A DNA stretch of 64,000 bases from the NCBI GenBank assembly GCA_963665235.2, contig CAXXLX010000001.1:3360001-3424000 (forward strand), read 5' to 3'. The position numbers and the translations under genes were made by a program. The DNA comes from Candidatus Poribacteria bacterium. GTDB lineage: Bacteria; Poribacteria; WGA-4E; WGA-3G. Positions 54,844-64,000 of this stretch are shown piece after piece. A model generated the notes under the pieces. That model made no database searches. It saw only the letters and a list, made by a program, of their open reading frames with translations, and was not told where the DNA came from. The stretch's first letter is position 1. Every line of letters starts with the position of its first letter.

Positions 54844-57800
54844 ATGACTCTTCAAGAAATCATTTTAGCATTAGAGAAATTTTGGGCAGACCACGGGTGC
54901 ATAATCCAGCAACCGTGCGGTATAGAGGTCGGTGCGGGGACATTTAACCCTGCGACCTTCCTGCGATGCCTCGGTCCAGAACCGTGGCAGGCGGCGTATG
55001 TGGAGCCAGTCCGCCGGCCAACCGATGGCCGTTATGCCGAAAACCCTTTCCGCCTCGGAGCATATTATCAATATCAGGTCCTACTGAAACCAGCCCCGGA
55101 GAATGTGCTGCCGCTTTACCTAGAGAGCCTCTATCATCTCGGTATTTCTCCCCGCAAAAACGACATTCGATTTGTGGAAGATGACTGGGAATCACCGACC
55201 CTCGGTGCCTCCGGGCTCGGCTGGGAGGTATGGTGGAACGGGGCAGAGGTCACACAATTTACCTACTTCCAACAGATGGGCGGTATTGAACTTGAACCGA
55301 TTTCCGCCGAGATTACCTACGGACTTGAACGTATCGCACTCTACTTGCAGGATGTTGACAGCTTTTTTGATATCCGCTGGAATGAAAACCTGAACTACGG
55401 CGATGTCCACCACCAAAGTGAGGTGGAATACTCAAAATACAACTTTGAGCATGCAAATGTAGAGATGCTTTTTGAGCTGTTCAGCACTTATGAGAAGGAA
55501 ACGCATGCATGTTTGGATGCAGGTTTAGTGTTGCCAGCAACCGACCACGTCTTGAGATGTTCACACACCTTCAACATGCTGGATGCACGCGGGGTTATCA
55601 GTGTAACAGAGCGGGTGAGCTACATTGAACGGGTCCGGCGACTCGCACAACGTATTGCCCGGGCTTATGTTGAACAGCGCGAAGAGATGGGACATCCGCT
55701 CCTTAAACGTTCTAGCCCGCCATCGTTCCCTCGCGCGGTAGTGGAGACTTCTAGCCGTCCCGCGTCTGACACAGCACAGGAAACAGCGGAGCTTCTATTT
55801 GAAATCGGCACGGAAGAAATTCCCGCAAGTTATATCCCGCCTGCCCTTGAACAACTTAGCAAAATCGCAACCGATTCCCTCACAGAACACAGAATTCCGT
55901 TTGGTGATATTCAGACATTTGGCACGCCTCGGCGCATCACGCTCGCCATCAAAGAGATAAAAACAGGTCAAGAAAGCCAAGAGACAGAAGTTATGGGACC
56001 TCCAAAACGTATCGCCTACGATGAAAACGGTGACCCGACAAAAGCGGCTATCGGATTCGCCAAAACGCAGGGAGTTAAACTGTCAGCACTTCGAATTATT
56101 GAAACCGAACGGGGGGAATACGTCGCTGTGTCCAAAATTGAAAAGGGAATTCCAACGCGGGAGGTATTGCAAACACTCCTACCCGAATGGATTGAAGCAC
56201 TCCGTTTTCCCAAAACGATGCGCTGGGAAATAAAATCTACAGAACCGGGGGCTTATGCTCGCTTTGCACGTCCTATCCGATGGCTTGTCGCCCTATTGGG
56301 AGATGAAGTTGTCAACTGTACTTATGGCGCAGTGCACGCAGACCGAATAACGTCTGGACATAGGTCTTTACACCCCAACCCGATAACTTTGCAGTCAGCG
56401 GACTTGGAGACCTACATTCAGGAATTACGAAATGCAGCCGTTATCCTCTGTCCGAAGGGGCGGCGGGATACCATCGAAAAACAGGTCCGAACTGTTTTAG
56501 AAACCGAGGGGTGTCTCCCGAAAATAGATGCGGAATTGCTAGACACGGTGAACTATATAGTAGAAAATCCGCAGCCGATTGTCGGTAATTTTAGTGAATC
56601 GCATCTACAAATACCCCCCGAAGTGTTGATAACCGCCATGAAAAAACATCAACGTTATTTTCCGATGTGGAAGAGTGAGACCGTGCTTGCTTCAAAATTC
56701 ATTACGATTTCTAACGGAACAGATGGCAATATTGATGGCGTTCGCCACGGCAATGAACGTGTCCTACATGCCCGACTCAACGATGCCGAGTTCTTTTACA
56801 AGGAGGACCAGAAAACCTCTCTTGCTGACAAGGTCCAACGTTTAGGCGATGTTGTCTTTCACGCCGAACTCGGTTCACTGTTAGATAAGGCGGAACGTCT
56901 TAAAGCATTAGTGCGAACCATCGGCACTGCCTTAGATGTATCGGAAACGACACGTCCTGCAGGCAGAACGTGCGGCTTGGCTCTGTAAAGCTGATTTAAC
57001 AACGCAAATGGTGATAGAATTCCCATCGTTACAGGGTATTACCGGAGGCTATTACGCCAAAAACTCTGGTGAACCGGCAGCAGTTGCTGCGGCTATCGCT
57101 GAGCATTATCAACCGCTCGGAGCAGAGACCCCGTTGCCAGAAATCGATGTCGGTGCGATTCTTGCTATCGCCGATAAAATTGACACCATCGTCGGATATT
57201 TCGGAATAAAGGAGCGGCCCACAGGTTCGCAAGACCCGTACTCCTTACGGCGACATGCCCTCGGCACAATTCGTATCCTCCAAGCGCGGCAGCTGCCGCT
57301 CTCTTTAGATAAGGTCGTGGAGAAGGCAATCTCACACTACGCGGTAACGTTAGCCGATGATACAAAAACGACCGTTCTCAGTTTCATCAAAGAACGGCTG
57401 CGCGGCATATTGCAGACACAGGGGTACGCCCCTGACCTTGTGGATTCAGTCGTAGCAGTTGGGGATGTTGACATCGTGGATATTTTCAAACGTGCTAGCG
57501 CACTATCCGAATTTCGCTTGACACCGGGGTTTGATAACGTATATAATGCCCTCAACCGGACGCTTAGAATTCTACCGGAAGAGTATAGTGCTCAGGAGCT
57601 TGCTCCTATAGATAGCGCGCTATTACAAAACGAGGCTGAAATAGCCCTTAACGCACGCGCCACCGCTGCAATACCCGACTTTGAGCAAAGCATTGAGGCA
57701 CGCGACTATACTAAACTTCTGAACCAGTTGGCGGCTCTACAACCCGCGATAGACACATTTTTTGACGATGTCTTAGTTATGGCTAAAGAGCACGCGGTGC

Positions 57801-57889
57801 GCAAAAATCGGTTGGCATTGCTAAACAACATCGCAAAACACATCTATGCCGTAGCCGACCTAACGAAATTGGTAATTGCGGGAGAATAA
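54844..57889 (+). CDS. glyQS: fused glycine--tRNA ligase alpha+beta, one apparent frameshift near 56956
   Basis: Alpha motifs ([39 protein letters not shown]) run in frame into beta ([35 protein letters not shown]); beta C-terminus (KADL.T.MV.EFP.LQG, GSQDPY.LRR, NRLALL) continues in the next frame. Confidence 0.92.
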
Positions 57890-57937
57890 ATAAAAGAAAG
57901 GAGTCGGCAATTTTCACATTGCTTCCGAAATAATCCT

Positions 57938-60900
57938 ATGAAACGATATCTGTTTATCTGGATGCATCTTATACTTAGTCTCGCGCTTCTTATCGGATGC
58001 GCGGAAAAAGAGAATAAGGACGTTATCAAAACGCGACTAGCAATTTTAAGTGGCGATTACGCCAAAGCGGAATCTGCTATTAAAAAAATACGCGCGAGCG
58101 ATGCAGAAAACGACGAAGCGCAGCTTCTCAACCGCTTTCTTCAATTGCGAGAAAACACGGAGACCAGCAGCTGGCACGAAGCTATCGCGCAAACGTTATC
58201 GCATCTTGAAACGTTGAATACCGATATTCAGACGATTTCAATGCAGGAAGACCCAGATTCCGATGAACTCGACCGGCAAGAACGTCTCATTCGCTCACGG
58301 AATTCCATCTTAGGTCTTTTCGCTGTAGCACTAGCAACAGCAGTTGAAAAGCAGACAGAATTGCTCTCGGACTTAGCGAAACAGGCAGAGCCTGTAGTTG
58401 TAACAGCACTATTGGAAGCACAAAAATGTTATCAACCTTCCGCCCGGGCGGCAGCTGAACAGCTTTTGCAGCACCTTACCAGGGACGAGCCCTCTCTGCT
58501 CACGGGGGATGAGGAGGCACAGAGCGCAACCCTCAACGCACTACGCAGGATAGCCACTGCGTATACAGATGCACAGATTAGAAAGGCAGCAATCTACCAC
58601 CTCGCGGCATTGGAAACCCACGAATTAATACCGACATATCAAGCAATTTTGACCAAAACAGACGATGCACCGGAGGTCGCTTATACCGCCATCGTTGCTG
58701 TCGGTAGGCTTTGCAAACCGGAATTTCAACATCTTGTAGGGCAGAGGGCAGACCTCATCTCTCTCTTGCAGCTTGCTGCCAGAAACAACAACGCGCAGGT
58801 CCGTATGCACGCTGCAAAGCTCTTGGGTAAACTTCAAGCGGCGGAAGCGGTCGACGATTTGATCAAGCTTCTGGCGGATTCCAACGGGTATGTCAAAGAC
58901 ATCGCCATAGATACGCTTAACAGAATTGGCACGCCTGCGGTCGCGCCCCTTCTTGCTATCCTTGAAACCGGGGCACACAACATTATTCCAGACGAGGATG
59001 CAGGACTTTCTGAACAGTACCGATATATAGCAAGCGCGTATATTGACGACTCCTGGATGAAAAAATACCGGCGAGGCACACAGGTCGCAGCGATTACCGC
59101 TTTGGGAACGCTTAGAGCGGAGGAGGCAGTCCTGCCCCTAATTCGCGTTTTGGCAGATGAGGATTTGAAGGGTGCAGCACTTACCGCTTTAATCTCGATG
59201 CAAGGGGTAGCAGTTCCATCCCTTTTGGAGGCACTTGAAACGCCTGAACACATTGTCCGGAGGGTTGAAAACAGCGACACCCGACACCAAGTTCAGCTAG
59301 AAGCCGCAAACGCGCTGAGTGCTATCGGGGACCGGCGGGCAATTCCCGCGTTTATTGCTATCCTAACCGGAGATGCTCACAAAGAACTCAAAGTTATCGC
59401 CGCGAAAGGGCTCGGAAACATGCGCGCGCGCGGGCAGAATAATACAGCTGTTATAGCACTCACCGCAGCACTTGACTTTGACGATACCACAGTCACGCAG
59501 GCAGCAGAAGCCCTCGGAAAAATCAATGCACCTACCGATGAAACAATCCGGAAGTTGATAGCAATTTCTATGGATAAACAGAGACGCGAAACGGTTCGGC
59601 TAGCCGCTATCAACGCTTTATGGGAGTTGAACCCAGCAAATGCAACCCAACCGATGCTCCTATTGCTGCTCAGCGACGAAACAGGTGCCGTTATCCGAGC
59701 AGAGGCAACCAAGGTGCTCAGTCGAATTAAGGCACCTGAAACGTTACCCGTGCTGTTCTGGGTGTTGTCAATGCGATTTGATGAAATCTCAGATTTTCAA
59801 CGACACATGAAACGGCAATACAAAAACCTTGAAACCTTGAGAACGCAGCTGGACTCCCTAAATGTTGAATGGACAGCCGATTATCCACGTCCCTATTATC
59901 GGATTTGGGGGGAACTTAAACCGGTACCCAGTTTAGTACGGAGTGAGGTTGCACGCACCCTCGGTATTATTAAAGGGGAAACCGTCGTAGAGCCGCTCGC
60001 GGACGCATTGGCAGATGACCAACGCGCCACCGTCCGGCGCGCCGCAGCGTGGGGACTCGGCACAGTCGGCGGTGCCGCTGTCATTGACCCGCTGCTGACT
60101 GCACTGAAGAAGGACAAACAGGGGGTGGTCCGTCAAGAAGCAGCGATTGCGCTCGGCAAAATTAAATCTGAGAAGAGTGCTAATGCTTTGTTGGATATAT
60201 TGCAAACCGATAAATATGAAACCGCACGCCTTGAAGCGACCAAAGCACTCCGAGAAATTAACCCCACCCTCGTCGATAAAGCACTCGTTGATATCGTCAA
60301 GAAAGGTCTAGGGAGTTTCGAAGATGGATACGAGGTTATATCGGTGCAAAACGAAGTTATTGGGGCACTCATCAAAAATGGGAATGCCACAACGACCGGT
60401 TTCCTGCTTGACGCGCTCAGGTCTGCTAACGATGAGTGGACGCGCTGGGCACTTGTCTATATGATAGGGGTTATCCACGATAAATCAGCACTTACCACAA
60501 TGCTCACCGAAATGCAGCATCCCAGCTATATTGTCCGCAAGCAGGCAGTAGCATCTATCGGTGGTTTTAAAGACCGGCAAACAGTGGACCCGTTAATTGC
60601 CATCCTTAAAAACCGCGAGGAGACGAAATCTATTCGGGCATCTGCTATATCTTCATTAGGTGCCCTTCGCGATGAACGTGCAGCCCCCGCGCTTCGGGAG
60701 GCACTTATGGATGAGAACAGTGCTGTCCGCTACCAAGCCGTCATCGCCTTGGGGGGTATCAAGGATGCAGCAGCAGTGTCAAAATTAAGCGAGATGGTTG
60801 AAAACCAACTAGAGGTTGACGCGGTCCGTGCAGCAGCGGTCACTGCGCTCGGCAACATCGGCGATAAGGCAGCGGAGGGTGTCCTCCTCCGTGCACTTGA

Positions 60901-61867
60901 CATCCGAGTCGGCACTATTGCAAAAAATGCTATGATAGCCCTCGGAAGACTCAAAAGCACTCGCGCTGTCCCGCAGTTGATTGCAATTCTTGAGGACAAA
61001 CGGGTGCCGTTGAATGCCAGCACCTATCTTCTGGCAGTTGCCTCTGCACGCGTAAAAGCAGCACTTGCCCTCGGTGAAATTGGCGGACCAGCCGCGGCAA
61101 GTGCTATCGCTGAACGGCTTATTGACGACACGGAATACATAGTCGCCCTAGAGGATGAGTGGAACAGACGCGCTGTTGGACTTGACGCACTGAAACGGAA
61201 TTGGAGTTGGGAACTTTTCGTCACTGCATCTAGCAAGCTCAAGCTGCCTGAACGCATCGCAGAAAAAATGGCAGCACGCGAAGCAGACGAATGGGAAGAT
61301 AGTGCTGTCAGAAACGCAGCGGCTGTCGCCCTGGGGCGTAGCCGGCCACTCAACGTTTCACAACTCAAGGCAGCACTTGCCGACCCCGACGAAGGCGTTC
61401 GCAAATCGACCGCACGGAAAATCGGACAAACTAATATGCTGCCCCTGGCAGCAGACCTCATCCCAATCGCGAACGGTGAAACAGAAGATACGAAAGATGT
61501 ACGGCGACTAGCAACACAAGCCCTCGGTGACCTTGCCGATGTCGCAACAACCGACGCGCTCATTGACGTGATGAACACCGACGAAAATCATATCGAAATC
61601 CGGCGGGACGCAGCACGTGCACTCGGCAAAATCGGAACAGATACGGCGGTCTCGGCAATCGTTGCAAAACTATCCGAGCTGCATGAGGAACAAACGTCCC
61701 GCGCGTTCCGCCTCGCCCTAATATGGGCACTGGGAGAGGCTAAAAATAGCAACGGGACGCAGCTTCTTGAGAAAATCTTACAAGATACAGACGCGGATAT
61801 TCATTTCCAAGCAGCATCCGCGCTCTTTGAAATTACAGGAAATGGCTACGGTTACAATCGAATATAG
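57938..61867 (+). CDS. large HEAT-repeat lipoprotein (1309 aa)
   Basis: Lipobox LALLIGC; many R..AA.ALG.I HEAT/PBS-like repeats. Confidence 0.85.
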   Translation: MKRYLFIWMHLILSLALLIGCAEKENKDVIKTRLAILSGDYAKAESAIKKIRASDAENDEAQLLNRFLQLRENTETSSWHEAIAQTLSHLETLNTDIQTISMQEDPDSDELDRQERLIRSRNSILGLFAVALATAVEKQTELLSDLAKQAEPVVVTALLEAQKCYQPSARAAAEQLLQHLTRDEPSLLTGDEEAQSATLNALRRIATAYTDAQIRKAAIYHLAALETHELIPTYQAILTKTDDAPEVAYTAIVAVGRLCKPEFQHLVGQRADLISLLQLAARNNNAQVRMHAAKLLGKLQAAEAVDDLIKLLADSNGYVKDIAIDTLNRIGTPAVAPLLAILETGAHNIIPDEDAGLSEQYRYIASAYIDDSWMKKYRRGTQVAAITALGTLRAEEAVLPLIRVLADEDLKGAALTALISMQGVAVPSLLEALETPEHIVRRVENSDTRHQVQLEAANALSAIGDRRAIPAFIAILTGDAHKELKVIAAKGLGNMRARGQNNTAVIALTAALDFDDTTVTQAAEALGKINAPTDETIRKLIAISMDKQRRETVRLAAINALWELNPANATQPMLLLLLSDETGAVIRAEATKVLSRIKAPETLPVLFWVLSMRFDEISDFQRHMKRQYKNLETLRTQLDSLNVEWTADYPRPYYRIWGELKPVPSLVRSEVARTLGIIKGETVVEPLADALADDQRATVRRAAAWGLGTVGGAAVIDPLLTALKKDKQGVVRQEAAIALGKIKSEKSANALLDILQTDKYETARLEATKALREINPTLVDKALVDIVKKGLGSFEDGYEVISVQNEVIGALIKNGNATTTGFLLDALRSANDEWTRWALVYMIGVIHDKSALTTMLTEMQHPSYIVRKQAVASIGGFKDRQTVDPLIAILKNREETKSIRASAISSLGALRDERAAPALREALMDENSAVRYQAVIALGGIKDAAAVSKLSEMVENQLEVDAVRAAAVTALGNIGDKAAEGVLLRALDIRVGTIAKNAMIALGRLKSTRAVPQLIAILEDKRVPLNASTYLLAVASARVKAALALGEIGGPAAASAIAERLIDDTEYIVALEDEWNRRAVGLDALKRNWSWELFVTASSKLKLPERIAEKMAAREADEWEDSAVRNAAAVALGRSRPLNVSQLKAALADPDEGVRKSTARKIGQTNMLPLAADLIPIANGETEDTKDVRRLATQALGDLADVATTDALIDVMNTDENHIEIRRDAARALGKIGTDTAVSAIVAKLSELHEEQTSRAFRLALIWALGEAKNSNGTQLLEKILQDTDADIHFQAASALFEITGNGYGYNRI

Positions 61868-61911
61868 AGAAATAAACTTTTTTATCAACCCCTTTGCATA
61901 AGGAGATTTTC

Positions 61912-62235
61912 ATGGCTTTTTTTGAATTACGGCAATACCGAACCCAACCCGGACAACGTGACAACTGGGTGAAATACATGGAAGAGACAATCATCCCGTT
62001 CCAGATTTCTAAAGGGATGGTAGTTATCGGCAGCTTTGTCGGTGAAGAAGAGGACGACCTTTACGTCTGGATTCGCCGATTTGAAGACGAGGCACAGCGG
62101 GAACAACTCTACGCGGCTGTTTATGAAGACGAACGCTGGGTGAATGAAATGTCCTCACGCGTTGGAGAACTCATCGACCGCTCAAAAATTGTGGTTACAC
62201 GACTTGAAGCGACTTCGCGGTCACCACATCAGTAG
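61912..62235 (+). CDS. NIPSNAP family protein
   Basis: AAGGAG SD; FFELRQYR..PG, YVWIRRF. Confidence 0.85.
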   Translation: MAFFELRQYRTQPGQRDNWVKYMEETIIPFQISKGMVVIGSFVGEEEDDLYVWIRRFEDEAQREQLYAAVYEDERWVNEMSSRVGELIDRSKIVVTRLEATSRSPHQ

Positions 62236-62282
62236 GAGAAACCTGCCGAGCACGAATAACCAAAAACGGAGGTATACGCAAC

Positions 62283-63029
62283 ATGAACGCTGCTGACAAA
62301 TACCTATTTGACCTCTGGGGATATGTCAATATTGACAATGTCCTGGGCACAGATGAACTCACAGAACTGAACGCTCTCATCGACGCACAAAATTATCCTG
62401 ACCCAGCGGATGATAACATTCATTCACAACGGTTTGGCGGATTCTTAAACTGGGAGAACGACGCGTTTCGGAAACTCCTCAATCACTCCCGCGTCATGCC
62501 GTTCCTAGCAGAAATAGTGGGACCTAAATTCCGGCTCGACCACGTATACGGCATTTTGATGAGAGAGGGCAATCCGGGCGGAACACTCCACGGTGGCGGC
62601 ACCCCTTACGACCCATCTCAGTACTATGTCTTCCGGAACGGACGTATGTATAACGGCTTAACCGTCGTCTCGTGGGCACTGACAGATATGCTGCCCGGAC
62701 ATGGCGGTTTCTGCTGTATTCCCGGCAGTCATAAGAGCAACTACTCCTGTCCCCCCGAGTTCCGACCGGTGAAGGACAACCCGACCTGTATGGTCCCGGT
62801 GCATCAGAAGGCGGGAGACGTTGTGATATTCACGGAAGCAATGACACACGGCACTTTACCGTGGACTGCCACACATCAGCGACGCTCTATTCTGTTCAAA
62901 TACTCGCCAGGGCACGCTGCCTGGGGACAAGGCAGGTATGATGATACGCTTCGCGACCTGATGACAGACGATGACCAGAAGTTAATGCTGGAGCCGCCGT
63001 ACGTTTCACATCGGAAACAGGTGGTCTAA
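62283..63029 (+). CDS. phytanoyl-CoA dioxygenase (PhyH) family protein
   Basis: KYLFDLWGY, LH, GGFCCIPGSHK, AGDVVIF.EA.THG, RRS. Confidence 0.88.
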   Translation: MNAADKYLFDLWGYVNIDNVLGTDELTELNALIDAQNYPDPADDNIHSQRFGGFLNWENDAFRKLLNHSRVMPFLAEIVGPKFRLDHVYGILMREGNPGGTLHGGGTPYDPSQYYVFRNGRMYNGLTVVSWALTDMLPGHGGFCCIPGSHKSNYSCPPEFRPVKDNPTCMVPVHQKAGDVVIFTEAMTHGTLPWTATHQRRSILFKYSPGHAAWGQGRYDDTLRDLMTDDDQKLMLEPPYVSHRKQVV

Positions 63030-63031
63030 CA

Positions 63032-64000
63032 CTACCAATCCGCCACACTGCCATCGGTGTCGTAATAGAACTCACCGCCCAGTTCTTCCGGATAGGTAGT
63101 GAGCGTCTGTTCCGCTGCCTTCGCGTCAATCTCAAATCCGAGCCCCGGCTTTGTGGGCAGTTCAATATGGCCGTCTGTGACCTGCCACTCCTCAGTGAAG
63201 AGACCGTCACCTAACCCGGCATCAATCTGCTCCTGGATTAGGAAATTCGGCACAACGGCATCAACGTGCAGCGATGCGGAGAAGGCAACCGGTCCAATCG
63301 CACAATGCGGAGCAATGTGCATGTAGTAAACCTCCGCCATGTTGGCAATCTTTTTCAGTTCCGTAATACCGCCAGCGTGTGAGGTATCCGGTTGTAGGTA
63401 GGCAACAGCTTGTTTCTCAAAAATTTCGCGAAATTGCCATCGGGTGAGCAAACGTTCCCCGGTGGCAATAGGAAACGGCACGTGGTCGGACACCAATTTG
63501 AGCGCGTCTACATTCTCTTGCGGTACCGGTTCTTCAACGAACATCGGGCGCATACCTTTGAGTTCATGGCAGACTTCAATAGCAAGGGCGGGGGTCATTT
63601 TGCCGTGAAAATCAAAGGCGAGTTCGACATGGGGACCAACCCATTCCCGCATGAGATAGGCGCGCTCTACAAATTCATCAATGACCGCCGGCGGTTCATG
63701 ACCACGCCATTTGCCACCGGGACCGCTCTTAAACGCCGTGTAACCGCCTTTCTGTTGCAGAAATTTGAGACGTTCTTTCGCCGCGGCTTTTCCCTCGTCA
63801 GTTAAACTGCCGATGCCCCAGTGTGCATAAACGCGGATACGGTCGCGCACGGGGCCGCCCAATAATTGATAGGTAGGTACATCGTAGTATTTGCCAGCGA
63901 TGTCCCACAAGGCTTGGTCAATACCGGACAGGGCAGACATCAAAATATTTCCGCCCCGGAAGAAGGCAGAACGGTAGACATGTTGCCAGTGATGCTCAAT
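63032..64000 (-). CDS. dgoD: galactonate dehydratase (enolase superfamily), 5' end outside the window
   Basis: SALSGIDQALWDIAGK, DFHG, FVEEP, ATGER, QPD.SHAGGITE, APH, DGSVADW. Confidence 0.85.
   Translation of the reverse strand: MEHHWQHVYRSAFFRGGNILMSALSGIDQALWDIAGKYYDVPTYQLLGGPVRDRIRVYAHWGIGSLTDEGKAAAKERLKFLQQKGGYTAFKSGPGGKWRGHEPPAVIDEFVERAYLMREWVGPHVELAFDFHGKMTPALAIEVCHELKGMRPMFVEEPVPQENVDALKLVSDHVPFPIATGERLLTRWQFREIFEKQAVAYLQPDTSHAGGITELKKIANMAEVYYMHIAPHCAIGPVAFSASLHVDAVVPNFLIQEQIDAGLGDGLFTEEWQVTDGHIELPTKPGLGFEIDAKAAEQTLTTYPEELGGEFYYDTDGSVADW

Noticed and set aside
56940-56990. Programmed ribosomal frameshift in glyQS
   Set aside because: No slippery heptamer or stimulatory structure seen; an indel error is more parsimonious.

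Overview
Bacterial chromosomal window with no rRNA, tRNA, CRISPR array, transposase or phage genes recognised. The gene families suggest Candidatus Poribacteria or a close relative (inference): internalin-type LRR proteins ending in 'LLPNYPNPFNPETWIPYQL' or 'GKLTTxWAxxK', DUF6785-type membrane protein, Uma2, AAA-PD-(D/E)xK, HEAT repeats, PhyH and Gfo/Idh/MocA enzymes. Housekeeping genes include a glnD-like gene (partial), sat (frameshifted), nth-like glycosylase, infA, cinA-like, cysteine synthase, modABC, coaE, trpB, a fused glyQS (one frameshift) and a dgoD-like gene (partial). The accessory centrepiece is a 13-kb surface-protein operon: a LolA-like protein, a 3203-aa cadherin-like/CARDB/LRR protein and an LRR-lamin-tail protein. 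Most notable observations: (1) a perfect sigma70 promoter enclosed by ~100-bp inverted repeats upstream of that operon, a candidate invertible switch; (2) LRR modules with near-identical DNA scaffolds but hypervariable binding-face codons; (3) a GTAG-hairpin (REP-like) family present as head-to-tail arrays, inside MITEs, and as two inward-facing arrays enclosing a VOC cargo gene; (4) a strongly promoted Rad52/Sak-like protein with an SSB-like acidic '-PF' tail; (5) an N-terminally extended IF-1. Clustered indels in sat and one in glyQS suggest some assembly errors. All calls are by-eye motif recognition; no searches were run.
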